Shown in pieces: positions 1 through 14,700 of a stretch of 64,000 nucleotides of DNA. The first letter of the stretch is position 1; each line of letters opens with the position of its first letter. The notes under the pieces were generated by a model. The model worked only from the letters and a program-made list of their open reading frames with translations, did not search any database and had not been told where the DNA came from. Origin of the DNA: Chlorokybus atmophyticus (Eukaryota > Plantae > Mesostigma and Chlorokybus algae); assembly GCA_009103225.1 (NCBI GenBank), contig RHPI01001037.1, positions 1,608,551 to 1,672,550 of the forward strand, given 5' to 3'. The translations under genes were made by a program, and so were the position numbers.

Positions 1-304
1 TTGAATGGGTGAGGGTCAACACAGGCGTGTTGTGTACAGGATATGCGCGAAAAAAATTGGCGACATGCATGACGTCAAACAGCATAGCATACCAACCAGC
101 ATGCAAACAGAGTCACATACACCACCACCGGGCTATATTTACTGCCTGCCTGTTTACCTACCACACTACCCTACGTTAGACCTCCCCGTTAGGCATGCAT
201 ACATGCGTTTTGTTGGTTAATTACCTGTGCAACACACGAGCAGCAGCGTCAACCACGTTAGTCCAGGAACAGCGTAACAGCAGAAGGCACCATGCAGCAC
301 ACAC

Positions 305-440
305 CCTCTCCCGCCCTCTCTCCCCCTCTCCCTCAGTCTCCTTCTCTCCCTCTCCGTCTGTCCCTCCCCCTCCTCCTTCCCCACTTCTTCTTCCCCCGCT
401 CTGCCTGCTCTCTGTCCTCCGCCTCCCCCTCCTCCTGCTG
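305..440. repeat. Pyrimidine-rich (CT) low-complexity tract
   Basis: Almost only C/T (ctctccccctctccc...). Confidence 0.7.
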
Positions 441-786
441 TCACTGTGTAGGCTCGACTTAAACCCAGATGCGTAAACTGTGTGAGGCGCACACATCACC
501 TCCTACAGCAGTGCTCATCTCTGGTTGCCACATGCAGTGTGCTGGTGTAGATTGTATGTTATGCGCATTACATGGTCGATTATCTCAAATGAACTCCCTG
601 AAGTACCAGAACATCTAGCAGGACCAATAAGTCATGCCAAGTACGCATTGCACCTCTACATCGCAAGAGCACCGTCCGAGTTAGACAATATTGTAAGGCT
701 CGCTAGTGTGCAACATCACACGTTGGAATGCTGTGACCTTCAGCTGCAGGACCAAGTCTGATGCGTGCGGTGTCAACTGATGTGGT

Positions 787-3226
787 CTATATCCTTGCAC
801 GCATCGCCACCCACAACTCCTGCAAGTCCACATTCCCTCCACACAGTATGACACCAACCTTCCTCACCTGACAAGCAGCACATGATGTCAGGGTCAACAT
901 GATGCAATCGAGCCGATCGTGATGAAGTGACAGCTTTCCCACAACATTCTCTTACATGTTGCCGCAGCCGGAACTCCTTGAACTCATCAGACAACACAAC
1001 CGCTAGTCCCGCTGCACCGCTGGGCTCAACAACCACCTTCAGCCTTTCGTATATTAAACTCATGGCACTCACAACTTGATCATCGGTCACAGTCATGACC
1101 GCATCCACAACGTCCCTCACAACAGGCCTGTCATAACAACAACGCCATGAGCACATTTACATCAACATCAACCATAATAGATATACCCACCACTCCCCTA
1201 CCAGGTGAGGTCGCCCAGGTTGCCGCGTAACCCGTCGCAGATGGTTTTCGGGTTTGCCATGGATACCAGCTCCCCGGCCCGTTTGGATCGCGCCGCGTCG
1301 TCTGCTCCATACGGCTCGGCTGCTACCACCTGAGCAGCCCCTGTAAAGAACGGCTTGCCAACTCCACACACACTTGCACATGCAATGTTGTTGGTTGTCA
1401 CATCTTGGCTCAGGGCAGATCAGCTGTTGAATAGGACACTAGGCAAAGATGCAGTAGCAACAGGTCTGACCTTAATCCTTGGGTTCAGTCCCTTGGCAGC
1501 CAACGCTATACCGCTGATCATGCCGCCACCTGCCCAAAGATGGAAGCATCTAGGCAAAAACCTTGCATACGCGCATGCACACATGCGTGTACACAGGTAT
1601 ACAGATACATGCAACCGTCGTAATGACACAAGCATGCACGTGTAGGTAGAAACATACGTGCTGCAAGTCAACACGGTTCATAGTACCTGCACGCACATGC
1701 GCATGTGCGTGCAGGTACTTGCACAACTGTTGACCACAACAACCATAACTGACAACCCTATACAACACCATGACTTGCCACCCTCCCTCACCGCTGATGG
1801 GCACCACGACCGCGTCCATATCCCCGACCTGCTCCCTCATCTCCGTCGCGATGGTCCCCTGTCCCGCGATGACGTCGCGGTGGTTGTACGGCGGCACCAG
1901 CGCGGCGCCGCGGTCGCGACGGATCAAATCCGCCGACGTCTCGCGCGCACGCAGAGTCGGGGCGCAGTGGACAAGCTGAGCACCGTAGCCCAATATCGCA
2001 TCCTGTGGAGGATAGCGTGTATATGTGCATGCATCTACACTGTTGTGTGGTTGTACTCGTGTTGACAGACGAGTACAACAGTACAACGGTGCTGTACGCG
2101 TGTAGAGGCATATAAGTACAAGCCCGTGCACGCGTGTACACTTTACTCTACAGCCATGGAGGTTTGGTAGTTTTCACTTCACCTACTGTCAGCGGCAACT
2201 GATTATTATGGTCACGCCACGCAAGTCCTGATGTGCTACATGTACCTGCTTGACTCGCGGCGTGTTGGATGGCACCACCACCCAGGCCGGTATGCCCCTC
2301 ACGCGCGCCGCCAGCGCAACCGCCTGGCCGTGGTTCCCGCTGGCGAGGCGGGGAAGGAGAGGTTGGTTTGCAGAGAGAGTTGCAAGAGTTCCAACTTACA
2401 CAACTCAAAGCGCAGGACCCAGTTGTACAATATATGATCTCTTGGCAAAGTGCAAACACGCATGCACACGCACGCGCACATGCAAACATGCATGCTCACG
2501 CAGACACAGACACGGCACATACACACGTGCATAAGTACGCACGCACACATGCATACAGACACACGCGCGCACGCATGCATGTACGCGCTTACAAACCTGC
2601 ACGCGCATGTACAAAGCAGAACGCCACACATAAATGTCATACCTGCTGTGCGTGACGACTCCACGCGCTGCGTCCTCGTCGCTCAGACTCATGACAGCAT
2701 TGCAGGCGCCGCGGAACTTGAACGAACCGCTGCGCACAACCCAAGTGAGAATCAACCATAGCTTGAGTAAACGGATACCAATCTACCAGGAAGAACGAAA
2801 AGGACACAAGATAACTGTAATTGGAATTAGACATACTGCAAGTGCATGTGTGCATGCATGCGACATGCAAGACAACTGACCTGTTTTTACTAACGAAGTA
2901 AGGGCATCAATGTTTGTTGCAGGCTCAAAACACTCGATATGTTCCATGTATGCAGTGATTACACTGCCTTCGACATGCAAACAGTCACAAAGCTCGTTCA
3001 AAGTCACATGCATGTGTCCTTTGCACAAGGCTCACGTTTTCTGAAACGTCTCGCATTTGAAGAACAGTTGCACACCCTCGCCACCATCGCCGCCGCTGGC
3101 CAGGCGGTCGAGCGACTCGCTGGTCAGCACGGGCGTAAGCTTGACATGCGGCCTGATACGCTCCGCCGCCTGCCTGATGGACTCCAGAGACGCAGCGTAG
3201 CCGTCGAACGACGACGGCGACGCCAT
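787..3226 (-). CDS. SRR: Serine racemase / PLP-dependent Ser-Thr dehydratase family, 7 coding exons
   Basis: Spliced exons give FFKCETFQKT|GSFKFRGA (PLP lysine motif), SGNHGQAVALAA, PPYNHRDVIAGQGTIA, VVPISGGGMISG, TICDGL, VVEPSGAAGLA and ILCGGNVD, then TAG at 787-789. GT-AG junctions checked for several exons. ATG at 3226; an upstream extension is possible. Confidence 0.9.
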
Positions 3227-4300
3227 GCCTCCCACCACCGCCGCCGCCGCCGCCGCCGCCGTTCCAAGGACGACACCGTATCTCAGACACGGGTTAGCTA
3301 CAAGCTGTGTCCGAGGCACGATTGTAGTTCATTATGCACTCCCAAAATAGAATCAAGATTAGGGTTCCAAGCAATAGACTCCAATGTTTGTTGCTTGGCG
3401 GCGGCGGCGGCGGCGGCGATGGTGAGGCCATGGGGGAGCGCCACGTGGCAGGGTGGGGAGGGTGCGGAGAGGATCCATAATGCAGCGCAGGTGGCGCAGG
3501 CGGTGGATCTCGGCAGCAAGACTGTAGGCCATGCAACCGGCGACAGGAGCGGCCTGGCCAAGCTGCTGAAGCTCAAGGTCAGCTGCTTTGCTTTGCATTG
3601 TGTGTGTTATTTAGTTACAAGCGTGGCCTTTGTTATGCCAATGAAACAGCATTGAGGAGTCATGCTTGTTGTGACTTCATTAACCTTCATCCGTCCACTC
3701 GCAACAGTATGCCGCGGGTGAGCGAGCATACTTGTACTGTCTTTACTCACAAGCAACTCAAAGCAAACAGCCTTAATTCAGGAAACGTTTAGTTAATTGG
3801 TAAGTTAGATACACAAGCTACCAACTAGGTAACTCCGCAAGCAGGCAGGCCCAATGCACACAATACCACCGTTGAACACTTGTTGCTATTGCTGCTCTCA
3901 AATCAATGCCACATGGCAGTTGCTGTTTAACAGCCCTGGCATCAATGCTTTGGCGAGCGTGTTCATAGTAGTCACCACTTGCGTTCAAGGTATGACAGCC
4001 CCAATCAACAACGTGTCCTGGCCGAATCTTGTTGATGAGACGAATGTTGATTTGGATCGTCCTTGTCATCATTATATCATTGTTGTCAGTGTTGTCACGA
4101 GTGTGTTGAATGCCAGGTGGACATCTTTGCAGAAGAACTCCGAGTGGCCCGTGAGTTTAACGATGGTATGTGATTACACATGCATACAACTCAAACATGT
4201 TGAAGTCGATCAACACCTCCTGTTGTACTTGACAGTCATGAGCTTGTTTTGCCTGATGGGATGTTATTGTTTGTTGTCAATCGTTGAATACGTCATTGCA

Positions 4301-7300
4301 GCTGTCCAGTCGCTCCTCCAAGAACAAGCGCGGCGCAAACAAAGCCACGCGCACCACAATGTCACCCACACTCACACGCATACCAACAGTAACAACAGCC
4401 ACACCCCCACCAACATCAACACCAGCTCCACCTTCCCACACAACAGTGCTGACCAAACGCATAGCGACAGCAACCACAACAGCAACATGGCACCGAATTC
4501 AGCCCAGCGCATGCGACGTTTTCTCGCACGCACGTACAGCAGCACCAACAACGACGCAACCAACACCACAACTGCCGCGTCACCGACAGCACAAGCAGCG
4601 ACACACACAGGTTTGAAGCAGCGGATACATCATGACAATGATTACACACAGTTAACACGACTGTTGGGTTCTTGTTTGTGTATTGAGTGGCAATACTTTG
4701 CAATAGACTTTGAAAGGGCCGGCAGCGAGAGGGAGAGTTTCTATTCCAACATTATCATGACTCTGGCGGCTCAAGACTTGGGTATGTGTGATAGTGACTG
4801 CTTGCGTCCAGTATGGCGTTCTTCTTCCCATCAGTCCAATTGAGTGTTGCGTGCAGAAGAGCGCAAGCGGCGTGCTGCCGCCCAACAACAACAACATCAA
4901 CAACAGCAGCAGTTCCAACAGTCCTTTCGCAGTGGTGACGGCGGCAACCTCACAGAGAAGCTTGTTGCTACACTGACAGAGAAGCTCAACAACTCGCGCT
5001 ACAAAGAGCAGGTGTGGTCTTGCATGCTTTGCTCGTGAACATGTGCAGGCAACCATACATCCTTGAAGACGTTGGCGTTGTTGTTTGTTGTATCTCCATG
5101 AGCACAGCACACAAACCGGAAGAAATAGTGTAAAGATAGAAACTGCGTAAAGTTATGCTGGTGGTGTTTACCTTTGTGTGTGGCGTGCAGTCGTATGCCA
5201 GCACGCTTGCGCAAGCAGACAAGGTGCTGCGCGCTTCGGAGGCGCGCAATGCTGAACATTTGCGTCGCCAGCGGGTGAGAGAGTGTTGCCCACTCCATGC
5301 TAATGACCCATCAATATCACATGGATAGAGCTGCCAGTTGAATAAACCCCTTGTTTCAAGGAATGTGAAGACCAGATTGCAGCGATGACCAAGGGAGGCC
5401 ACAGCATGAAGCAGGTGTGTGGCACTGAACACAACATCACCACATCATGCATGCAGACTTGCGTGTGTGCCGAAGCTGCATGTCAAGCAGTTACTTGAGC
5501 GCACATTGATACATTGATGTTGTGGTCTGCAGGAGCTGGAGACAGCGCTCTCAGCTGAAAATGCACAGCAAGTCAGTGCTGCCGATGCGTGATTACATGT
5601 CTATATAACACGTTGCCTAACAGCGCAACTCACCCTCACCCTCCTCCTCAAGGCTATGGCGGAGCAACTGAAGAGCCGTATGCAGGCGCAAGAGAGGGAC
5701 CTCATCGCTCAGAATCTGGTGTGGCAGGTGCGCAGCTTTAGTTATATTCTGCCATGGTTATCTTGATTGCAAGCAAGTGTTCATGTCCACGTAAGCATCA
5801 GCAACGAGAGTCTGATAAGGTATATATGGCAGGAAAAAGAGCGCGCTTGGCAGCGCGACAAGGCTGTGGCTGCGCGCAAACATACTGAGCTGATGGAACT
5901 GAGGGTGAGCACCAACTGTGATTGCTTCCTGCTCAAGCACAGTCAGTTATGTGGCTTACAGGATCTGGCAATGATGTGGCTTACAGGATGCTATGAAGGT
6001 TTTGACTGTTCAATTGGAGCGCTCTGAGCGCGATCGGGTGCAAGAACGAAGCCACGCGCAATCAGAGCTGGCGGACCTGCAAACGGCGGTCAAGCGCATG
6101 CAGTCCGAGATTATCGATCAACAAGCTACCCACCGCGAGAGCGAAGACATCATCGAGGCGAAGAGCCGCATCGACGAGATGAGTCGACAGAGGACGAGTC
6201 TCGAGGAGGAGCTCGCAAAAGGCAAACTGGTCACTATGAACATGGAACTGGAATTGCAAACTGCTCGCGTGCAGCTGGCAGAGGCGCAATCTCAGTCCCA
6301 GTCCCAGAATTTACATGTTGATCATGAGATGGAACTGACCGCAGTTAGGGATGAGAGAGACCAGCTCAAGGCACAGGTGGCGGAGGCGAGTGTAGAACTG
6401 ACTGCAGTCAAGGGCCAGTTGGTTGATGCGAACCTGGAGCTGACCGCGATTCAGCAGCGAGCAGCAGTCGATGCACAAGGGCTCAGGTCACAGCTGGCTG
6501 ATGCGCTGTTGGCGGTGGCTGCGGTTAAGGGCCAGTTGGAGGAAGCACACCAGGAGCTGACCGCGGTCAAGAATCAAGCGGCCACAGAGGCTCAGGAGCT
6601 CAGGTCACAGCTGGCTGATGAACTGTCGGAGGTGGCTGCGGTCAAGGGCCATTCGGAGAAAGCAGGGCAGGAGCTGACTGCGGTCAAGGATCAAGCGGCC
6701 ACAGAAGCTCAGGAGCTCAGGTCACAGCTAGCTGATGCGCTGTCGGAGGTGGCGGCGGTCAAGGGCCATTTGCAGAAAGCACGCCAGGAGCTGACTGCGA
6801 TCAAGGATCAAGCGGCTACAGAGGCTCAGGAGCTCAGGTCTGAGCTGACCAAGACGCGGTCGGAGCTAACAGCCGTTCAAGGTGAAATGGAGACGCTGAC
6901 CGCGGTCAGTGCTGAGATTGAGACCAGCGCCCAGGCTCAGTCCGCACGGCATGCAGCATTGACAGCAGAGTTGGATGCTCTCAAGTCTCAGTTGAGTGAA
7001 GCTCAGTCGGAGTTGCAAGCTAGCACAAAGGCCACATCCAATGCGCTGGATGAGTTAAGTGAAGCTAAGTCTGAGGTGGCCGAGGTTAAGGCAGCGCTGC
7101 AGGAGCGTACGCAAGCGCATGCGCATGCAGAAGCCAGGTTGGATGAAGCTCAATCGACACTGACTGCGATTAGGGGGGAGTTGGAAACATGCCTACGCAA
7201 TCAGTCTGAAGCGGAGTCCCGATTGGCCAAGTCTCAGGTGGAGGTGACAACCGTTAAGCAGCAACTTGAGGGTAGTATGCGATTAGAGGCGGAGGCCAAG

Positions 7301-10300
7301 TTGCAACTGGATGAGAGCCAGTCGGAGGTAATGGCGATGCAAACGGAGATAAAAATGCGCATACAGTCTCAATCAGACAGCGAAGCCCAGTTGGCGGAGT
7401 CTCAGTCACAGTTGACTACAATGAAGCAACTGCTGGAGGACTCCGAGTCTCAGTTATCTACGAGCCAGCAGCGCCTGACCGAGGTCAAGGAGGAGCTGGA
7501 CATGCGCAGCCGCATCCAGTCAGAAACGGAGCTCACGCTAACCGACTTGCGGTCACAGCTGACGGCGGTCACGGCGGAGCTGGCGAGCCTGACCACGGTC
7601 AACACGGACCTGCAGGCACAGCTCACCCGTACTCAGTCGGAGCTGACCGCTGTCAGCAAGGAGCTCGCGGCCTCGCGACGGGCGCAGGAAGAGCTCAAGG
7701 CTTTGGCTGAAGAGTTGTGCGCGCAAGGGGAAGCGTGGACGAAAGAACGCACTGGGCTATTGCGAGACTTTGAAACCAAACATGAAGCCGTCACCCAGCA
7801 GGTAGCTTTGACTGGGGTGCATAATTGTCAGCATGCATGTTGCATGCAACCAGCATGTGTGCTTGTGTCAGCAATAGCGCTGCAGATGGGATGCATGGCT
7901 GAGACGTTGTGAATGGCAGTCGCTACAGGTTGTGATGCAATGTTGGTAACGGTCACTCGACGTTGCATGATGACTTGCAGGCAGAGAGTGCCGCAGCCTT
8001 GCGCGCTATGGTGTTGCGATTGGAGAATGAGCGCGACGAGATGGGCGACAGGATTAAGGACTGGGAGAACCTGCTGCACCTCCACAAGCAGGTACACTTC
8101 TTGATGATCGCATGCTGGCTTGCTTGTTCTCTTCTCTCCATGGTGTAATGGACGTGATGCTGTTGTTGTTACTCCAGACGATGGAGTCTAACGAGGAGAA
8201 GGCGGCTGCACGAGAGAGGGAACTCATGGAGAAAATGGCACAGCTGGCAAGTCATTGTGTGTTTGTCAGCTGGCAGTGCAGGCATTCATTGGTGGAGGCA
8301 GCACATGTGCAATGCATTCTGAATTCGAATGCATTCTGCCAACAGAGCACTGAGGCGGAGGGCTTGCGGCTGAATTGCGCGAAGCTGGAGGAGAAGCAGC
8401 ACAATCTTGCGAAAGAACTGCACCGATCCAACAAACAAGTTAGTCTCATCAATTCACCATACACTACATCTTCAAGATGTGGTTTGTTGTATGCGTGTTG
8501 GTACTCGATGGCACAAACGCATTGAACTAGAAACAGCGCGCGTGTGTATGTGTCGACATGTGTGCTCGTGCGTGACATTGTTGTTCTGCAGGTGCGCGTG
8601 CTTGTGGAGTCACACGCGTCCGAGCTCAAATCGCTGGAGCGTGAGATCATGGAGTCGCAGCGGCTGTCGCAGGAGCAGGCGGACCAGATGCAGGCGCTGG
8701 TATCGGACCGGGAGGCGCTGATATCGGAGCACGAGCGCCTGGTGACGGAGATACTTGAGCTCAAGAGGGCGACCCCGAAGTGGATATCGCAGGTCGACCA
8801 GGGAGGAGGAGCAGATATCACCGGGGCTCGAAGCGTGTTTGGCGGCTTGGAGATGCAGGAGATGGAATTGCAGCTCTCGAGGCTTAGGAGAAAGACGGTC
8901 ACTGCGGGTAATGTTGAGACAGGGGCGGATGTGAGTGGCAGTGCCAAGGGCAAGCGACCTGATAGGTGAGCAAGAGAGAATGATATGGGCGCGTACGGGT
9001 GTTGGTGAGGATGTAGGTGTGGGTGGGTGTGCGCGCGTGTGTGCACATTGTGAGTAGTAGGTTCTGATGTGTGTTCAGCAGTGACAGCGGCAGCCAGACG
9101 GATGCCGGCAGCGAATCGGAGCACATGTCTGCAGCAGGCATGCAGGAAGAGCTGACGAATACGAAGGAGCAGGTTGGCTTCATGTCGTTTTTGAAAAGAC
9201 CAGACCTGCTGACAAACGTGCACGCACTCTTGCACACTTCACCACGACAATACGTTTTGTTATCAATCCAATCTTGTTCGCGAGCATGTAAGCGTGCGCA
9301 TAAAACCAGTACTAAGTAACATGTTCACATGCATCATATTGGCATGCGCCTCTCATGTTGCCATAATGAACCGGGTCGTACGAAGCGGAAACACCCGTAC
9401 ACAACATTGTAGTACAATTCACTGCGACACGCGGTGCATTCTGTTGTACCATACAAACAACGTGCACACCCAACAGACGTGCCATATGGGTAATGTATGT
9501 CACTACGCTACATCAGCATCCCATGCATGTCTTCCTCAGCTGTGTGCCTGTTGCTTGGCAGCTTGCACAAGCAGTAGAGAGGGGCGACTCTCTTGCCACC
9601 GAGCTGTCGGCTGCGGTGGACACCGCAGAAGAGCTGCGCGAGCTCCTTTGCAAGCAGGAAGAACGGTACGTGTTCGCTTTGTCCACAGCTGCAGGCTCAA
9701 CAGGTCTCATATGATAGAGGTGATGCAATAGCATTCTCGTCTCATTCCGAAACTTGGGCACACAGTTTGGATAATAGCAAAAACACTGTGATTATTGCCA
9801 ACAACAACGATGACAAAGCGCATGCGGAGTCTGACACGGTGTTCGCGCTGCGAAACGCCAACAAGATGCTGCAACAAGAGGTGCGCTTCCTTGTCACGCG
9901 TTTATCGCAGGGGATGTGGCCACTCCATATGTAAACCTCTATGTGCATGATGCGCACACAGTATGTGTGCATTGCACATTGCACGGGCAAAGTCAGTGAC
10001 GTCCGCATCAATATACCCATGGACTATGGACTACAATAGGGGTGCACAACAACTATCCCAGACAACAGAGAGTGTGCGATAAAGCGATCAAGAACACAAT
10101 GCAGATGTCATGCTACTTTGTATGGCCATGTGATGCTGCTTATAAAGCAGCATCATTGTTTGTTCACTTAGGTGGCCCATCTCGCTGGGGAGCTTTCGAC
10201 GGCGCTGGTAGCGCAGGACGAGCTGGCGGAGAAGAATGCGCAGCTGTGTTCTATGCTTCAGGCCGGCGCCGGCAGGTCCCGGCATGAGGTGGAAGGAGAC

Positions 10301-11211
10301 TTTGAGGTGGAAGGAGCGCAGGAGGACGGATTTTGGGAGGACATGATGATGCAGGCGGACGTCGGGTTCTGGGACCGGACAGGTCCCGGGACAGTACCAG
10401 GACAGCAGCAGCAGAGAGGACCTGCAGGAAGTCCTGGAGAAGAGTGGGGACCCGGGAGCCCGCGAACACAACAAGGACGGGAGTCGCCCATGCCCACCAT
10501 AGTTGAAGAAGAGGAGGTGAGTGGTCGATTTGATGGAAGTTGGGGCTATCTTTAACAACGGGTGGAGGTGTCTTGTTGTGTTGATGTTCAGTAAGTGTTA
10601 CTCAGTGATAATCCAACATGCAGGTTGCTTCACCGCCTCTGTCCAACCCCGCGCTCTTGCCGCAAAGCGAGTACGAGGAGGAGCCCGTACAGCCGCTGCC
10701 GCAGGAAAAGGACACTGAAAACGAAGATGCCAAAAGCATGAGCGATCACAGTGAGTACAACACTCCTTCCGCGTCAAGGCGGTCGACACAAGAAAGGGTA
10801 GGTTGGGTCGCCACTTGAGTTGTATTGATTGGTTCTTGCAAAGCATGTTCATAGCAGTGACTTGCAAGTGAGAAAGTTGCTAAGTCACAGCATTGTGACG
10901 TCAGCAGATGGGACCCATCAGCGTGATGCCTATATCACCTGTTCAAGATGATATTGTCAGCCTGCAGTTGAAGATGTTTTCACCTGAAGGTGATGCTGTT
11001 TCGCCCTCTGAAGATGAAGGTACATATGCGCATGTACTACAGTTGTGGTTTTAAAAATGCCCTTTGCTTTCCGTGCATGGATGTATGCAGTTGATAGCAT
11101 CCGCTGCTGACTGTGTTTGTGTTGCATTATGTGTCAGATGGGTTGAAGCTCCTGCTTCAGCTACAAAGCCTCGCAGACCCATCCATGCTGTCCAAAACGT
11201 GTCACTTCTAG
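4301..11211 (+). CDS. Large multi-exon coiled-coil protein of unknown function (start approximate)
   Basis: A ~1.8-kb open exon (5993-7803) rich in E/L/Q/A heptads, plus many short GT-AG exons with the same composition (LRAEERKRR, EKERAWQRDK, LENERDEMGDRIKDWE, LEREIMESQR). Acidic C-terminal exons; last exon predicted as DGLKLLLQ...CHF* ending at 11211. Confidence 0.75.
6437..6850 (+). repeat. Coding tandem repeat, 117 bp / 39 aa, about 3.5 copies
   Basis: Units begin gagctgac at 6437, 6554, 6671 and 6788; peptide ELTAVKDQAATEAQELRSQLADALSEVAAVKGHxEKAxQ. Confidence 0.9.
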
Positions 11212-11741
11212 CAGAATCTCCTGGTACATTTACTCGTAGAATAGTTCAAGTTTATGACCATTTGAATACTAAGTGTATAGATGCTCCTATGAGCGAACTA
11301 CGTAGAACCATTATGTTCATTGTGTACGGCATTGTGAAGCAAATGCAGGCTAATCAATATGCTAGGTCATGTAGACCAGCAACAACAGGTCAGCAATTGC
11401 CTAGTGTACACCAATCTCAGTGCTAATTCTGCTGCATGACGGGATTGCATGGTGAAAATGACAGTGTACGGACACAACAGGTAGGATGTGCAGCTGGCAT
11501 GTCACTGTGGTTAGAGCCAAAGCTGACCAAGGCATTCATCTCTAGGCTGACAAACCGAGACAGTCGATTGACAACCGTGTGTGATGTGACTCCAATGTGT
11601 GACCAATCAACTGGAGCATCATATATACATCCACAGTACACTCCGCCAAACCGGTACCTACACTACTTACACGTCATAACTACAGATAATATACATACAT
11701 ATATAGTTGTTGACACGTAACACCTGACCGCATAGCGTATG

Positions 11742-14700
11742 CTATTGCTCCTCGGAACCTCCACCTCCTCCGCAACCAACGGCGATTAGCGTGCACAAGT
11801 CGTCAGCTTCCAATGCACCTGACACAGACAGTTGACAATCAGCGTCTCAACGTAACCACGTGAGCGTCCTTCAACGAATCCACGATAGTGAGCTCTCCCA
11901 AGCCAGTCACCTGCTGGGCGGCCGCGACGAACGAAACTGGAGAATTCGTCGTTGGGCAACATCAACTCCAAAGTGTATATGCGTGCGCGCTGGCTGTCAT
12001 CCTCCTTACTGCTGCTGGTAGTGTCAGCGTTGTCGGGCGCGCACACATTGTCCAGTCCATGCAGCGACTTGGGTGGAAACACGATGGCATCTCCTGCGCC
12101 CACGCTGAACGTGTGCCCATCGCACGCCGCAACACCCTCACCACTGCAATCAAAACAAGGCAAAGCAAAGGTGTCCATGAGAACTCATGGAAGATGCAGA
12201 GATGGACGACCGCATGCGAGTGTACAGCATGAGCAAGAGGTGTGATGAGGACTCGTGCGAAGGGACAATACCTGAGTATGAAGAACAGCTCGTGAGCGCC
12301 AGGATGTGTGTGCAACGGCGTGCGATGGCCACCCTCAAAAATCTGCGGACAACCATATTGACAAACTTTGTCAAGCAGTGGTTCGCATCGGATGCAGTGA
12401 ACACCGAGGACACTAATTACAGTAAACATGAACAGCCATTACCAAGCAGTGCAAGCACCCATTAGCTAGCAAGAATGCGTACCTCAACTGCGAAAGTGAA
12501 CGGGAGATGATCCTGTACAGGGTCAAAGACCAGAGCGAAGCGGTTTGTAGCTGCGTCCGAAAGGTGGAACGATGTCAACTCCTGAAGCCCGCGCTTAACA
12601 ACATGAGGCTGCAACAGGCAACGCAAGCCAGCAGTTAGAACATGATAGGACAACCCAGTCGCAACGACGGCGCCCACACAGCACACACACACACACACAT
12701 ATGCATGCACGCACGCGCACACGCTCCCCAGTCTCACCTCGCCATCTTGCAGTGTTAGTTGCCCTGCACCGTCTGCGGACAACCTCTTGGCGTCCGTGTG
12801 CATTGCAGCGCTGGCAGATGCGAGCGCGGGGGCAAGGATGGCCTCGACCTCTGCGGCTGACAGCGCCCCCGCGGGCGTGCCGCATGTCCACGCCGAGAAT
12901 ATCGCTTGAGCCTTCTCTGCGGCGGCCGAGAGCGCTTCCTGTGACAGACCGCCATACAACTCGCGCGCGGGCCCTTCCGACACAACATACCCTCCATCAT
13001 CACCATTTTTGTCCGTGTGGCTTGGCTGGGGCTCGCACAGGTCTGAAGGCAAGACGAGGTCTGAAGGGAGGATCAACACGAGGGTTGCGAGCGACCATTT
13101 GTTGTTGGTTTCTGTGCTTGAGGCCGGTGCAGTGGAGCGTGCCACGTTGGGCGGGAACACAATGCTGTCCCCTGCTCGCAGCCGGATGCCCTCCAGCATG
13201 GCGGGCGCCGTGCAGGCGTTGTGCGCGCTGTCTGGGCTTGATAGCGACGGATGAAACAATGCAGTACCCTCACCCTGAGACGTGCAGTTTTGTGAACACA
13301 CCACTCTAGCGACCACATTGGAAACAAAAGTACACTTGCCAAGGTCAACACGCAAAGTGATGTACTAGATTGTTCAAAATTGAGAGCAAAAGGACGTTCA
13401 GTACTACACTGCTGTCAATGCATGCTTTTGGCTGCATCACAGTGCTACCCATTGCCAAGGGAACCCAACATGATGCACTCACAAGAATTTGGCTCACTAC
13501 ACGACAGTTTGTTTTGTTCAGCATTGCTTCAGCACATGTGTGTTGAATGCTGCCAAAAACTGCCGTATGCCATGCATTTGTGCAGTACCTGCAGGACGTA
13601 ATGGAGTTCGAAGCAGGAGTCTGCAGCAGGAGGCATCAGCTCCATTGTTGCGGAAAAAGGAGCTTCCGTGCTTGCTGCTTCTTCTGCCTCAACTCCATGC
13701 TCCCAAAGCTCCAATGCGAGCGCGAACGGAAGACCGTCTGCAACGGGCGACAACAGCGGTACAACCCGGCGACAAGCGCCATGAACTGCACATAAACACA
13801 TGTTGTCAAGCAACTACTCGCCCAACAGCATGTTTTCATTCCGGTTTCACCGCTCAACACGTATTGGCTAATGGAGATCCTTGGCGCACACGCACGCACA
13901 CACAGGGAATGCCAGCAGCAGTAATTCCAACTTTTCACAAGACTCGTCACCGCCAGCGGTAGCAGATACAACACATTGCATGGGTGAGGCAGTACCGCAT
14001 TGTCTGTAGGTCTGAGCCCCCTCAAGCGACCGCCGCGGAGGCAGAGCGCAGGCGTTCTCCCCAATCCCACTGTTCGCGGCCTCTAGCACAGCGGTGGCAG
14101 CTGCTGAAGTTGACGGAGTTGGGAAGACGAACGAGTTCTCTGCTGCACAAACACAGAGAAGCAACACTCAGTAGCTGACAATCGCATCTGGTTGGTTTTG
14201 ACGACTACTACCGGTAAGCATGCAGTCAAATCAGAACAAAAACCATTGCAGGAGGACAGAGCAATATGCCCTCCCCTTCACCCTTGCGTGTTTCTTTCAA
14301 TTATTGAGCAGCTATCAGATTGATGGTAATACCAAGGAACTGGGGCGAGGAACCTTGCCGAACAACTCAACTATGATTCGTCGTTTGCAACGGTTTGGAG
14401 TACAACAAGATCGATCTCGGGGTATTGTTCTATTGACATAACCCTAACATGTAGTTCCGTCCTTTCTGCCTTAACGGCAGAACGGACGGAACTACATGCA
14501 TGGCGAATCAAGTGTCTGAGCAATTCCTGGCAAGACTTGACATCAATACCGGCACCAACAGCCTGGTTCAGTTTCAACTACATGCTCCGGTAACTTGCTC
14601 ACTGCACAGCTTCCAAAGTTTCCCATGGCACATCCAAACAGTAGGCTATTTAAATGTGCAATGCCCGCATGTCCATGAAGCACCAACCTTCAGATGGTGA

